DNA from: Marinicella sp.
GTDB taxonomy: Bacteria; Pseudomonadota; Gammaproteobacteria; Xanthomonadales; Marinicellaceae
DNA length: 64,000 nucleotides
Direction of reading: 5' to 3'
NCBI GenBank assembly: GCA_965230295.1
Contig: OZ246001.1
Coordinates: 1,696,001 to 1,760,000 of the forward strand
How positions within the stretch are numbered: position 1 is the first letter of the stretch; the number at the start of each line of letters is the position of its first letter. The translations under genes were made by a program, and so were the position numbers. Below are positions 31,113 to 40,722 of the stretch, piece by piece. The notes under the pieces were generated by a model. The model did no database searches and was not told the DNA's origin. It saw nothing but the letters and a program-made list of their open reading frames with translations.

Positions 31113-32012
31113 ATGAGTGACCAAACAACCCACAGAATAGAACAAATGTTGAATGAAAACCCGGTGTTTTTATTCATGAAAGGCACCCCACAAACCCCCA
31201 TGTGTGGCTTCTCAAGTAACACGGTTAAAATCCTCAAAGACTTGATTGGAGATGGTTTTGCTTCCTTCAATGTACTGGAAGATCCTGAAATCAGAGAAGG
31301 CATCAAGACTTATGGTCAATGGCCAACCATTCCACAACTGTATGTCAATAAAGAGTTGATTGGTGGCAACGACATCATTTCTGAGATGTTCAACACCGGG
31401 GAATTGCATGAGTTGTTGAATTTGGAACAACCAGACAGAACCCCACCCACCATAACCATCACCGATGAAGCCTTGAACCACATCAAAGAAGGTTTGAAAG
31501 ACATGGGAGAGCATCAACTGTTCTTGTCTGTTGATGATGAATTCAATACCCGATTCAGTCTCGAAATGCCCAAAGGCTATGAAATCATTGCTGATGTTGG
31601 TGATTTAAAAGTCTATATGGACATAGGGACAGCCGAGCGGGCCAATGGGGTGGAAATCAGTTGGGTGGATGAACTTCAAGGTTCCGGTTTACGTATCAAA
31701 AATCCCAATGAACCCCCTGCTGTACAGGATTTATCTGTGGCAGAATTACAAGACTGGTTCGATACTGACACGGCCAATCCCAAGGTATACGATGTCAGAT
31801 CAGCAGATTCTTTTGCAGACGGTTCAGTAGATCATGCCATCAGGTTAGACAAAGATGCCATTACAGACATAGAAAGCATGGACAAGGACACCCCCCTGGT
31901 TTTTGTTTGCCAAATTGGTCAGTCATCCATGTCTGCGGCAGAATTTTTTCGCAAAAAAGGCTATACCAAAGTGTTTAACTTAACCGGTGGTTACAACGCC
32001 TGGAATGAGTAA
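31113..32012 (+). CDS. grxD: Grx4 monothiol glutaredoxin fused to a degenerate A-type carrier (HesB-like) domain and a rhodanese domain
   Basis: FMKGTP..PMCGFS and WPTIPQLY; middle domain ITITDEA...GLRIKNPN; C-terminal DVR...VCQIGQSS...NLTGGY..W. Confidence 0.85.
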   Translation: MSDQTTHRIEQMLNENPVFLFMKGTPQTPMCGFSSNTVKILKDLIGDGFASFNVLEDPEIREGIKTYGQWPTIPQLYVNKELIGGNDIISEMFNTGELHELLNLEQPDRTPPTITITDEALNHIKEGLKDMGEHQLFLSVDDEFNTRFSLEMPKGYEIIADVGDLKVYMDIGTAERANGVEISWVDELQGSGLRIKNPNEPPAVQDLSVAELQDWFDTDTANPKVYDVRSADSFADGSVDHAIRLDKDAITDIESMDKDTPLVFVCQIGQSSMSAAEFFRKKGYTKVFNLTGGYNAWNE

Positions 32013-32436
32013 ACAAATCAGCAGAATAGTTGATAAAAGACGCCTTCTTCAAGGCGTTTTTTTATTCCTGATATTGTTGAGTTCATGGTGGTATCAGCAA
32101 AATTATTCAACCAACAGCGACCTGATTGATGCCATAAACATGCAGCGCAATGATGTGTTGGTTGAATTTGAAGCAGAGGTCATCAAGCTATTGAGGGATG
32201 ATAACCATGGGTCTAAACACCAAAAATTTATCGTTCAACATGGTATTCACACCCTGTTGATTGCCCACAATATAGATTTGGCACCAAGGGTTCCAATTGT
32301 CGTTGGTGATCACTTGACCATCAATGGTGAGTATGAATGGAATGACCGTGGTGGGGTGGTTCATTGGACCCACCATGATCCCCAAAATAGGCGAGCTGGA
32401 GGTTGGATTGAACTGGACGGAAAAAAGTTTAAATAA
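32005..32436 (+). CDS. DUF3465 family protein
   Basis: DDNHGSKHQKF, IAHNIDLAPR, GEYEWN and HWTHHDP motifs; N-terminal TM helix. Confidence 0.85.
   Translation: MSKQISRIVDKRRLLQGVFLFLILLSSWWYQQNYSTNSDLIDAINMQRNDVLVEFEAEVIKLLRDDNHGSKHQKFIVQHGIHTLLIAHNIDLAPRVPIVVGDHLTINGEYEWNDRGGVVHWTHHDPQNRRAGGWIELDGKKFK
32035..32063 (+). terminator. Intrinsic terminator after grxD, overlapping the 5' end of the DUF3465 gene
   Basis: AAAAGACGCCTT-cttc-AAGGCGTTTTTTT. Confidence 0.7.
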
Positions 32437-32449
32437 GCATTAAAAATAC

Positions 32450-32488
32450 TTGCCTAATGTATTGAATTAATTTATCATTGCGCACCTC
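32450..32488 (+). promoter_or_regulatory. Sigma70 promoter of tRNA-Lys with GC-rich discriminator
   Basis: TTGCCT (32450-55), 17-nt spacer, TATCAT (32473-78), then GCGCACC. Confidence 0.7.
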
Positions 32489-32521
32489 GAAACATTCAGT
32501 TTCAATCCTGTTTATTCAAAT

Positions 32522-32597
32522 GGGTCGTTAGCTCAGCTGGTAGAGCAGTGGACTTTTAATCCATTGGTCATAGGTTCAAATCCTATACGACCCACCA
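32522..32597 (+). tRNA. tRNA-Lys (anticodon TTT)
   Basis: GGGTCGT acceptor stem pairing with ACGACCC, D-arm AGCTCAGCTGGTAGAGC, anticodon loop CTTTTAA, T-loop GGTTCAAATCC, encoded CCA. Confidence 0.97.
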
Positions 32598-32859
32598 TTG
32601 AATTTGATTTTAAAAAAATACGTCAAATATCCTGAATTTATTGGTCAGATGTGTCTATACCCAATGAATCTACTGTCCGGATAAAAAGTGGTTATTAATT
32701 AACCAAAAAACAACACGCATAAAATCAAATATGAAAACCAATAATTTGTTTTATTATCAGTGACTTACAAAGACAGCCTTTTGTTTTTATGTGCCAATAT
32801 ACTTCATGAGCAAGGTCATGACAAAGAAAAGGCGGATTTGAAGCAAGTACAAGCGCAAA

Positions 32860-32893
32860 AAAACACCACTTCAAATCAATAAAATGGTGTTTT
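32860..32893 (-). terminator. Probable terminator for the xth-cyt b561-yceI transcript
   Basis: AAAACACCA...TGGTGTTTT inverted repeat with an A-run, just past the yceI stop. Confidence 0.5.
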
Positions 32894-32910
32894 AAGAAAT
32901 GGTGTGTTGG

Positions 32911-33474
32911 TTATTTTTTGATGCCTTCAACAGAGACTGTTAAGGTCAAATTTTCATAAGCACCACCAACACTTTTTTTCAGTTTAAATTTTGAAAGTTG
33001 TAAATCGGTGGTTGCTTCATACCCGCGGCGATACCCTCCCCATGGATCTTTGCCGGCGCCGATGAATTTGACATCCAAAGAAACCTCTTGAGTCACACCA
33101 TTCAATGTTAAGTTTCCGGTCATGGTGCCATGGCCATCTGTGGAAGGGGTGAATGAGGTGCTGTTAAATGTTGCCGTTGGATGTGCAGCCACATTCAGGA
33201 AATCATCACTACGCAAATGTTTGTCTCGAGCGGTGTGGTTTGAGTTGACACTGCTGGTGTCAACAGTCATTTCAATACTGGCAGCAGTTGGGTTGTTCTC
33301 ATCAAAGGTAAATTCTCCGTCGAAAGAATCAAAACGTCCATACAACCAACTGTATCCCAGGTGACTGATTTTAAATTGCACAAAAGCGTGTGAGCCCTTG
33401 GTGTCAATTTGGTAGGTGTCTGCTGTAGCAAAACCACTGGTGATGAATAAAAGGATCAACAATATTTTTTTCAT
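32911..33474 (-). CDS. yceI: YceI family polyisoprenoid-binding periplasmic protein
   Basis: Signal peptide; FKISHLG, RDKHLRSDDF, GNLTLNGVT and DPWGGYR motifs. Confidence 0.92.
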   Translation of the reverse strand: MKKILLILLFITSGFATADTYQIDTKGSHAFVQFKISHLGYSWLYGRFDSFDGEFTFDENNPTAASIEMTVDTSSVNSNHTARDKHLRSDDFLNVAAHPTATFNSTSFTPSTDGHGTMTGNLTLNGVTQEVSLDVKFIGAGKDPWGGYRRGYEATTDLQLSKFKLKKSVGGAYENLTLTVSVEGIKK

Positions 33475-33482
33475 ATAGATTC

Positions 33483-34010
33483 CTATAACATGCGTTTTAA
33501 AGTATCGTCTTTATCGATGAAATGGTGTTTCAATGCGCCCAGCACATGAAAAATCACCATGGCCATCAATACATAAGACAGGTTCTCGTGTAACCAACCC
33601 ATGGTATCGACCTGGTTGGCAGAAAATTGTGAAAATGCGGGTAATTTAATAAATTCAAGCACTGTTTTAGTTTCACCATCTGCTGTAGTGAACAAATACC
33701 CACAAATAATGATGGTAGAGACCAAAAGATAAATCAACGCTTTGACACCTTTGGCCACGAAAGATTCAAAACGGTTGTGGTTCAATGGTGTAAGGTTTGA
33801 ACGGGGAAAAAACAGTCTGATGATCATCCATGTCCACAAAACCAAGATAACGACACCGCCTGTGATGTGCCACTCAGGTAAGGTGGTGTACCAGGGACTG
33901 TAATAATCCAGATCAACCATGATCCATCCAGAAATAAACAGCGCAATGATCAGTAAAGCACTGAACCAGTGTAACAGCCTTTTAATGATCGTGTGTTTTG
34001 TCATCATCAT
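33483..34010 (-). CDS. Cytochrome b561 (YceJ-like)
   Basis: LHW, WH, LH and FHVLGALKHHFIDKDDTLKRM; four TM helices; adjacent to yceI. Confidence 0.88.
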   Translation of the reverse strand: MMMTKHTIIKRLLHWFSALLIIALFISGWIMVDLDYYSPWYTTLPEWHITGGVVILVLWTWMIIRLFFPRSNLTPLNHNRFESFVAKGVKALIYLLVSTIIICGYLFTTADGETKTVLEFIKLPAFSQFSANQVDTMGWLHENLSYVLMAMVIFHVLGALKHHFIDKDDTLKRML

Positions 34011-34778
34011 TTACCAGTCAAACTCAGTAACCACAGGTGTGTGGTCAGAAGGGCGTTCCCATTTTCGTGGTTCAACATCAATGTATGAAGCCGTGACGGC
34101 TTCGGACATTTCATCAGAACACAACACCAAATCAATGCGCAAACCAAGTCCCCTGATAAACCCGTTCATGCGGTAATCCCACCAACTGAATAAACCACCT
34201 TCATCATGTAACAATCTGAAACTGTCTTGTAAACCCAAATCCAGCAAACGATTCAAGGCGTTGCGTTCCTCGGTGGTACAGAGGATTTTTTCATGCCATT
34301 TATCAGGATCATGGACATCGCGATCATCTGGTGCGATGTTGAAATCACCCAAGACTACCACATCATCGTATTCATTCATTTGTTGCTCAACAAAGTGGGT
34401 CACTTTGTCTAACCAATTGAGTTTATAGGTGAATTTTTCTGTACCAGGGGCTGAACCGTTGACCACATACAAGTCAATGATGCGCACATCATCTACAGTG
34501 GCAGCCAATATGCGCCTTTGTGGGTCGTCCAGACCTGGAATATCAGTGATCACATCGACAGGCTGCTGTTTGGCAATGATGGCCACACCGTTGTAGGTTT
34601 TTTGACCAGAAAACACCACTTGATAACCAGCCGCCTCAATGGCTGCTTGTGGAAAGACCTCATCGGTCATTTTGGTTTCTTGCAAGGCCAGTACATCGGG
34701 CTGGGAAGATTCAAGCCACTGCAACACATGTTCCAAACGGACATTGAGTGAATTGACGTTCCAGGAAGCTATTTTCAT
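34011..34778 (-). CDS. xth: Exodeoxyribonuclease III
   Basis: SWNVNS, LQETK, GDFN, WWDYR, RID and SDHTP motifs. Confidence 0.95.
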   Translation of the reverse strand: MKIASWNVNSLNVRLEHVLQWLESSQPDVLALQETKMTDEVFPQAAIEAAGYQVVFSGQKTYNGVAIIAKQQPVDVITDIPGLDDPQRRILAATVDDVRIIDLYVVNGSAPGTEKFTYKLNWLDKVTHFVEQQMNEYDDVVVLGDFNIAPDDRDVHDPDKWHEKILCTTEERNALNRLLDLGLQDSFRLLHDEGGLFSWWDYRMNGFIRGLGLRIDLVLCSDEMSEAVTASYIDVEPRKWERPSDHTPVVTEFDW

Positions 34779-34946
34779 GGTAGTTGGTTTTATAAATCAG
34801 AAAATTGTAACAAACAATGTGGTTTTATAGATGTTATTCGGCAGTGAAAGTGAAAAAAAATTCAACTTTGCTTAAAGCGTAATAAAACCTAACAAACAAC
34901 GAAACCAATAACATAAAATAAAGGGTTAGTTTGATAACATTAAATT

Positions 34947-35462
34947 ATGCTTCGCATCATTGGTATTGATCCAGGTTCACGCTTTACCGGCGTGGGGATC
35001 ATTGACACAAAAGACCAAAACATCCAACATGTCCACCATGAGACCATCAAGTGTGGTGATGGCGACTTTCCAGAGCGCCTGAAAACCATATTTGTGACAG
35101 TCAATCATTTGGTGCAACAATACCAACCTCATGAGATGGCGATTGAAAATGTGTTCATGGCTAAAAATGCAAATGCAGCTTTGAAATTAGGCCAGGCACG
35201 AGGTGCAGCCATTTGTGCCACGGTGGCCAATGATGTTTTGGTGCATGAATACGCACCCAAAGCCATCAAGCAGGCTGTGGTGGGAAAAGGCGGTGCAGAC
35301 AAAGCCCAAGTGCAGTATATGGTGCAGTTGTTGCTGAATTTAACAGAAAAGGTGCAAAATGATGCGGCCGATGGTCTGGCTGTAGCCATTTGTCATGCCA
35401 ATAATCGTTGGGCCCAACAGCGGTTGGTGGCTAACAACACCAGTAATTGGAGAAAATTTTGA
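34947..35462 (+). CDS. ruvC: Holliday junction resolvase RuvC
   Basis: IGIDPGS, KLGQARG and DAADGLAVAICH motifs. Confidence 0.97.
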   Translation: MLRIIGIDPGSRFTGVGIIDTKDQNIQHVHHETIKCGDGDFPERLKTIFVTVNHLVQQYQPHEMAIENVFMAKNANAALKLGQARGAAICATVANDVLVHEYAPKAIKQAVVGKGGADKAQVQYMVQLLLNLTEKVQNDAADGLAVAICHANNRWAQQRLVANNTSNWRKF

Positions 35463-35472
35463 GGTCAGATTC

Positions 35473-36072
35473 ATGATCGGTCGCTTACATGGCCAGCTGG
35501 TACACACTGAACCCCCTTCTCATTTGATTGTAGATGTGAACGGTGTCGGTTATGAGGTGGAAGCACCCACCAGTGTATTTTTTGATTTACCGGAAATGAA
35601 CCATCAAATCACTCTGGTGATTCATCATCTGGTGCGTGAAGACGCTTCTATTCTTTATGGTTTTCGCAGTTTTGCCCAACGTGATTTGTTCCGAACATTG
35701 TTGAAGGTCAATGGCATAGGTGCCAAATCGGCATTGGCTATTTTGTCCACCATGAGTTCAGCTGAGTTTGCACAAGTGATTCAGGATCAAAACGTATCAG
35801 CCATAGTGAAGGTGCCGGGCATCGGTAAAAAAACCGCACAACGGTTGATCATAGAAATGAAAGACAAGGTGGATGTCACCACCATGGACCCAGGTGATCC
35901 CAACCAGCCACAAGCCAGTCGTTTTGGCATTCACACAGAAGCGGAATCGGCTTTGCAAGCCCTTGGATTTAAGCCAACAGAAGCCAGTCAAATGGTGAAA
36001 CAAGTGGCCAAAGATGACATGAGTGTGGAAGAAATTATCCGCGTTTGTTTACAACTGAAAGGAGCCGGCTGA
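35473..36072 (+). CDS. ruvA: Holliday junction branch migration protein RuvA
   Basis: MIGRLHG, GVGYEV, VRED, VNGIGAK and [11 protein letters not shown] motifs. Confidence 0.97.
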   Translation: MIGRLHGQLVHTEPPSHLIVDVNGVGYEVEAPTSVFFDLPEMNHQITLVIHHLVREDASILYGFRSFAQRDLFRTLLKVNGIGAKSALAILSTMSSAEFAQVIQDQNVSAIVKVPGIGKKTAQRLIIEMKDKVDVTTMDPGDPNQPQASRFGIHTEAESALQALGFKPTEASQMVKQVAKDDMSVEEIIRVCLQLKGAG

Positions 36073-37121
36073 TGGAAAATAACCCATTTGAGGTCAGTGA
36101 TCGATTGATTGGCGGCATGCCTGAAAGCTCACAAGAAAAGTTGATTGAGGCCAGCATCAGACCACAAAGTCTCAGTGAATACTTGGGCCAAAAAGAAGTC
36201 AAAGAACAGATGGAACTGTTTATCCAGGCAGCCAAAAATCGTGCCGAATCTCTAGACCATGTGTTGATCTTTGGTCCACCTGGTTTGGGCAAAACCACCA
36301 TGGCCCACGTGATTGCCAATGAAATGGGGGTGCAGATGCGTCAAACATCCGGCCCGGTGCTGGAAAAAGCCGGTGATCTGGCGGCTTTGTTGACCAACCT
36401 ACAACCGCATGATGTGTTGTTTATCGACGAAATTCACCGACTATCACCGGTGGTCGAAGAAGTTTTGTACCCTGCGATGGAGGATTTCCAAATCGACATC
36501 ATGATTGGTGAAGGTCCGGCTGCCCGTTCGATTAAGTTGGATTTACCACCGTTTACTTTGGTGGGTGCCACGACCCGAGCAGGGCTATTGACCTCACCTT
36601 TGCGCGATCGTTTTGGCATCGTACAGCGACTCAAGTTTTATGAGACGCCCGATTTGATGCACATTGTAGCCAGGTCAGCTCAAATCCTGAACATCCAAGC
36701 CGATGAAGCCGGGTGTCTGGAAGTGGCCAGGCGCTCACGGGGCACTCCCAGAATAGCCAATCGCCTGTTGCGTCGGGTTCGGGACTATGCAGAGGTCAAA
36801 GGGGATGGCGTAATCACCGAAGAGATTGCTTCCAGTGCCATGAACATGTTACAAGTAGACCAAAAAGGATTGGATGAAATGGACCGTAAACTGTTGTCCA
36901 TCATCACACAACAATTTGAAGGAGGACCCGTGGGGATCAACTCATTGGCAGCTGCTTTGTCTGAAGAACGTGGTACGGTAGAGGATGTGATTGAACCTTA
37001 TTTAATTCAACAAGGTTTGATTGCTCGCACGGCTCGAGGCCGGATTGCCACGACCAAAACCTGGCAAATCTTGGGCATCAGCCCACCTAAAAACAAACAC
37101 AACCAAGACCTTTTTGAGTGA
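36072..37121 (+). CDS. ruvB: Holliday junction helicase RuvB
   Basis: [23 protein letters not shown] and [13 protein letters not shown] motifs. Confidence 0.98.
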   Translation: MENNPFEVSDRLIGGMPESSQEKLIEASIRPQSLSEYLGQKEVKEQMELFIQAAKNRAESLDHVLIFGPPGLGKTTMAHVIANEMGVQMRQTSGPVLEKAGDLAALLTNLQPHDVLFIDEIHRLSPVVEEVLYPAMEDFQIDIMIGEGPAARSIKLDLPPFTLVGATTRAGLLTSPLRDRFGIVQRLKFYETPDLMHIVARSAQILNIQADEAGCLEVARRSRGTPRIANRLLRRVRDYAEVKGDGVITEEIASSAMNMLQVDQKGLDEMDRKLLSIITQQFEGGPVGINSLAAALSEERGTVEDVIEPYLIQQGLIARTARGRIATTKTWQILGISPPKNKHNQDLFE

Positions 37122-37134
37122 ATTCAATTCATAT

Positions 37135-37533
37135 ATGAGCAAATACACCCATCAATTCAGAGTCTATTATGAAGACACCGACGCTGGCGGCGTGGTTTAT
37201 CATGCCAATTATTTGAACTTTTTCGAACGCACGCGGACTGAATGGTTACGATCTAAAGGATTGCAACAAAGTGTGATGCGCGAACAAGCCAATGTGATAC
37301 TGGCCATTCGGAAAATGGACATTGATTTTGTACTACCGGCCAGGCTCGATGATGTATTGACGGTCAGCACAGAAGTGCAAAGCCACAGTAAAATAACCAT
37401 GGTGGTGGCCCAAGAAATGTATGTGGGTGATACCTTGGTTGCCAAAGCCCGTGTACAAATAGTCAGTTTGAGTGCAGAAAAGTTCAAACCGATGCGCTTT
37501 CCAACCCAATATTTAGAGGAGTTAATGCTTTGA
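37135..37533 (+). CDS. ybgC: Tol-Pal-associated acyl-CoA thioesterase YbgC
   Basis: RVYYEDTDAGGVVYHANYL motif; lies between ruvB and tolQ. Confidence 0.93.
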   Translation: MSKYTHQFRVYYEDTDAGGVVYHANYLNFFERTRTEWLRSKGLQQSVMREQANVILAIRKMDIDFVLPARLDDVLTVSTEVQSHSKITMVVAQEMYVGDTLVAKARVQIVSLSAEKFKPMRFPTQYLEELML

Positions 37534-38195
37534 ACGACAGCGGACAATTTTATTACGAAATCATCATGAGTGCTTCCATGCCAGTGAAAGTGGTGATGGT
37601 TATTTTGGTGTTGGCATCGGTGTGGTCTTGGTTGATCATCTTTTCCAAAGGTCGGGTGTTGGCCAGTGCACAAAACAAGGCCAAGAAATTTGAAGAATAC
37701 TTTTGGTCTGGGGTCGATTTGAACAAACTGTATGACACCATATCAGGCAAAAAAAATTCTGGGCTGGCAAAAATTTTCGAAGCCGGTTTCAAAGAGTTTC
37801 AACGGAAAAAAACGGTATCTAAAGGCGCCATCAGCTCGATTGAGGGCTCAGACCGGGCGATGCGAGTGGCGCTGAACCGTGAAATAGAAAACATGGAAAG
37901 CCACTTACCGACCTTGGCCACCATTGGGTCAACCAGCCCGTACATTGGGTTGTTTGGTACGGTGATAGGTATCATGTTGTCTTTTCATGCTTTATCAGAT
38001 GTGACACAGGCCACCATTGCCTTGGTGGCACCGGGCATTTCAGAAGCCTTGATCGCCACGGCCATGGGTTTGTTTGCTGCCATTCCAGCGGTTATTTTTT
38101 ATAACAAGTTCAGCGATAAGGTGGAACGCATCTATGCCCAATACGATGCTTTTAAGGAAGAATTTTCTGCCATTTTACACCGGCAGGTAGGGTAG
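37530..38195 (+). CDS. tolQ: TolQ
   Basis: SPYIGLFGTV and VAPGISEALIATAMGLFAAIPA motifs. Confidence 0.95.
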   Translation: MNDSGQFYYEIIMSASMPVKVVMVILVLASVWSWLIIFSKGRVLASAQNKAKKFEEYFWSGVDLNKLYDTISGKKNSGLAKIFEAGFKEFQRKKTVSKGAISSIEGSDRAMRVALNREIENMESHLPTLATIGSTSPYIGLFGTVIGIMLSFHALSDVTQATIALVAPGISEALIATAMGLFAAIPAVIFYNKFSDKVERIYAQYDAFKEEFSAILHRQVG

Positions 38196-38199
38196 TCAG

Positions 38200-38616
38200 A
38201 TGAGGCGACCCCGCAAAGTCAAAGCAGAAATCAATGTGGTGCCATACATCGACGTGACTTTGGTGTTGTTGATCATTTTCATGATCACCACACCTTTAAT
38301 GAACCTGGGTGTTGATGTCAACTTACCTGAATCAACGGCCAACACCATCACCATTGAAACCGAGCCAGCAGTGGTGAATGTAACAGCCAATGGCGATTTG
38401 TATTTAAGTATTGGTGGCGAATATGAGTTGATTGATGCAGAATCATTGACCAAAAAGCTCACCGCCTTTGTCAAAGTCAATGATGAATTACCCATCATGA
38501 TAGGCGCCGATGAGTCCGTCAGTTATGGACAAGTCTATCAAGCCATGGCCATTGTTCAGCAGTCAGGCGCCAAGAAAGTGGGTTTGATCAGCGACCCCAT
38601 TAAACCGGATCAGTGA
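38200..38616 (+). CDS. tolR: TolR
   Basis: AEINVVPYIDVTLVLLIIFMIT motif. Confidence 0.95.
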   Translation: MRRPRKVKAEINVVPYIDVTLVLLIIFMITTPLMNLGVDVNLPESTANTITIETEPAVVNVTANGDLYLSIGGEYELIDAESLTKKLTAFVKVNDELPIMIGADESVSYGQVYQAMAIVQQSGAKKVGLISDPIKPDQ

Positions 38617-38622
38617 TTTGAT

Positions 38623-39411
38623 ATGTCGGTCTTGAGTTTCGATGCTGAAAAACGACAAGGACTGCTTTATTCCTTGGGTTTACACATTGCGATCGTGATG
38701 TTGTTGATGATGTCGACCCAACAAATCAGCATCACACCACCCAAAGGCATTGCCATTCAGGCTGAAATCATGGATCTGGATCAGTTTTTAAAAAATCAGC
38801 CCAAGCCCAAAACACAGCCGGTTAAAAAAGATCCGCCGAAACCAGAACCGAAACCACCTGAACCGAAACCCCCAGAACCTAAACCACCGGAGCCCAAACC
38901 GGTAGAAAAACCGGTGGAAAAACCAGTGATTAAACCCCAGGTTGATCCAGTGAAGCGTCAGGAGAAAACCGATCGACAAAAACGTCTGGAAGAAATCCGG
39001 CGCAAAAGACAAGAAGCCGAACAACAGGCACAAAAACAACCAGAAATTAAACCCACAGAAAATCCTGTGGAAAAACCAGCTAATCCAGCCATTGGCACCC
39101 CAACAGGTGTGGAAGACCCTTTGAATAAATTGAAGGCCCAGTATTCCTTGGTATTAGATGCAGCTGTAAGAAGACAATGGGCCATGCCGGTAGGTACACC
39201 TCAAACCTTAAAATGCTTAGTTAAAGTCAAGCAAATACCTGGCGGCGGTGTTATAGATGTTTCAATTGGCTCACCTTGTAATGCTTCCCCTATAGTCAGA
39301 AACTCGATCATCAATGCGGTAAAAAAAGCAGATCCGCTGCCTTATACAGGCTTTGAAAGGGTTTTTGATCGAGAAATTGACATAACTTTCACCAACACGG
39401 AGAACAAATAA
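38623..39411 (+). CDS. tolA: TolA (short, with a Pro-rich linker)
   Basis: TM helix with SxxxH (SLGLH), (PEPKP)n linker, TolA/TonB-type C-terminal domain with a Cys pair; lies between tolR and tolB. Confidence 0.8.
   Translation: MSVLSFDAEKRQGLLYSLGLHIAIVMLLMMSTQQISITPPKGIAIQAEIMDLDQFLKNQPKPKTQPVKKDPPKPEPKPPEPKPPEPKPPEPKPVEKPVEKPVIKPQVDPVKRQEKTDRQKRLEEIRRKRQEAEQQAQKQPEIKPTENPVEKPANPAIGTPTGVEDPLNKLKAQYSLVLDAAVRRQWAMPVGTPQTLKCLVKVKQIPGGGVIDVSIGSPCNASPIVRNSIINAVKKADPLPYTGFERVFDREIDITFTNTENK
38835..38930 (+). repeat. Degenerate 15-bp and 12-bp coding tandem repeats (PEPKP x4, PVEK x2)
   Basis: ccgaaaccagaaccgaaaccacctgaaccgaaacccccagaacctaaaccaccggagcccaaaccggtagaaaaaccggtggaaaaa. Confidence 0.75.
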
Positions 39412-40700
39412 TGAAAACAATATTGACCTTATTCACTTTAGGGACGTTGCTTTCTTTTAACCTTAATGCTCAATTAAACATCACCATTGATGGGGGCAAC
39501 GCTTCGGCTCTGCCCATAGCGGTGGTCGATTTTGTTAACTCCGGTGACCCACTGGCCACCGATATGGCCGAAGTGATTCGCAATGACTTGGCCCGATCAG
39601 GCCAATTCAAACCATTGGATAAAAGTTTAATTGTTGACCAGCCCCGATCGGATGCCGACATAAATTTTGGCACCTGGCGACTGCTGGGTTCGGACTTTAT
39701 TTCATATGGTGACATCACTTATTTAGATGAAAATCGCATGGAAGTTCGTTTCCGCTTGGCTTCTGTGGCAGAACAAAAGCAATTGTTGGCTTTGACCTTG
39801 CCTTTAAACCGGGAGCAAGCCAGGGCCGGTGCACATTACATTGCAGATCGGATCTATGAAGAAATTTTAGGCATCCCAGGGGTGTTTTCTACCAAACTGT
39901 CCTATGTAACCATGACAAAGAACAACCAGGGTTTTAAATACCAACTGATCGTTGCCGATTCAGATGGGTTTGGCCCCCAATCTCTGGTGACCTCAAACGA
40001 ACCTTTGTTGTCACCTTCATGGTCTCCAGACGGGAAAAAACTGGCTTATGTGTCATTTGAAAAAGGTAACTCAGCGATCTATATTCAGGACTTGAGTACC
40101 GGATCCAGAACATTGATGTCTAATTTCGAGGGAATCAATGGGGCACCTAAGTTTTCGCCCAATGGTCAAAGGCTGGCCATCACCTTGTCGAAGTCAGGTA
40201 ACCCAGAAATCTACACCATCAATGTGTTTGATAAAAAGTTGACCCAAATCACCAACCATTGGGCCATTGATACCGAACCGGAATGGTCACCGGATGGCCA
40301 AAGTTTATTCTTCACGTCTGATCGAGGAGGTCGGCCGCAAATTTACCAAGTTGATTTGATCAACAAACAACCCAAACGCATCACTTTCGAGGGCGAATAC
40401 AATGCCCGTGCCAGCTTGTCTCCGGACGGCAAGTACATAGCCATGGTTCACGGTAACGACAACCGGTATCAAATCGCTTTGTTGCACCGACCATCAAACA
40501 CCATGCAATTAATCAGTGACGGTAGTTTGGACGAAACACCCAGCTTTGCACCCAATGGCGCAATGGTGTTGTTTGCCACCAAAACGCCGGCTGGAAAAGG
40601 CTTGTTAAAAGCCGTTTCAACCGACGGCCAAACGTCCAATGATTTGGTGTTGACCAATGGCCATGTTCGTGAGCCTAACTGGTCTCCCTTATTGAAATAG
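39411..40700 (+). CDS. tolB: Tol-Pal beta-propeller protein TolB
   Basis: Signal peptide, LPIAVV, DLARSG and repeated P.WSPDG blades. Confidence 0.96.
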   Translation: MKTILTLFTLGTLLSFNLNAQLNITIDGGNASALPIAVVDFVNSGDPLATDMAEVIRNDLARSGQFKPLDKSLIVDQPRSDADINFGTWRLLGSDFISYGDITYLDENRMEVRFRLASVAEQKQLLALTLPLNREQARAGAHYIADRIYEEILGIPGVFSTKLSYVTMTKNNQGFKYQLIVADSDGFGPQSLVTSNEPLLSPSWSPDGKKLAYVSFEKGNSAIYIQDLSTGSRTLMSNFEGINGAPKFSPNGQRLAITLSKSGNPEIYTINVFDKKLTQITNHWAIDTEPEWSPDGQSLFFTSDRGGRPQIYQVDLINKQPKRITFEGEYNARASLSPDGKYIAMVHGNDNRYQIALLHRPSNTMQLISDGSLDETPSFAPNGAMVLFATKTPAGKGLLKAVSTDGQTSNDLVLTNGHVREPNWSPLLK

Positions 40701-40704
40701 TTTA

Positions 40705-40722
40705 GGGCCTGTTAACAGGCCC
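40705..40722. repeat. Perfect 18-bp palindrome immediately after tolB
   Basis: GGGCCTGTT|AACAGGCCC. Confidence 0.8.

Noticed and set aside
32522-32910. Prophage or genomic island integrated at tRNA-Lys
   Set aside because: No integrase and no duplicated tRNA 3' end seen in the window; the downstream genes are housekeeping.
34779-34946. LexA/SOS box upstream of ruvC
   Set aside because: No CTGT-N8-ACAG or other convincing dyad found.
38835-38930. Tandem repeats resembling a CRISPR or VNTR array
   Set aside because: In-frame degenerate codon repeats of the TolA linker; no spacers and no cas genes.
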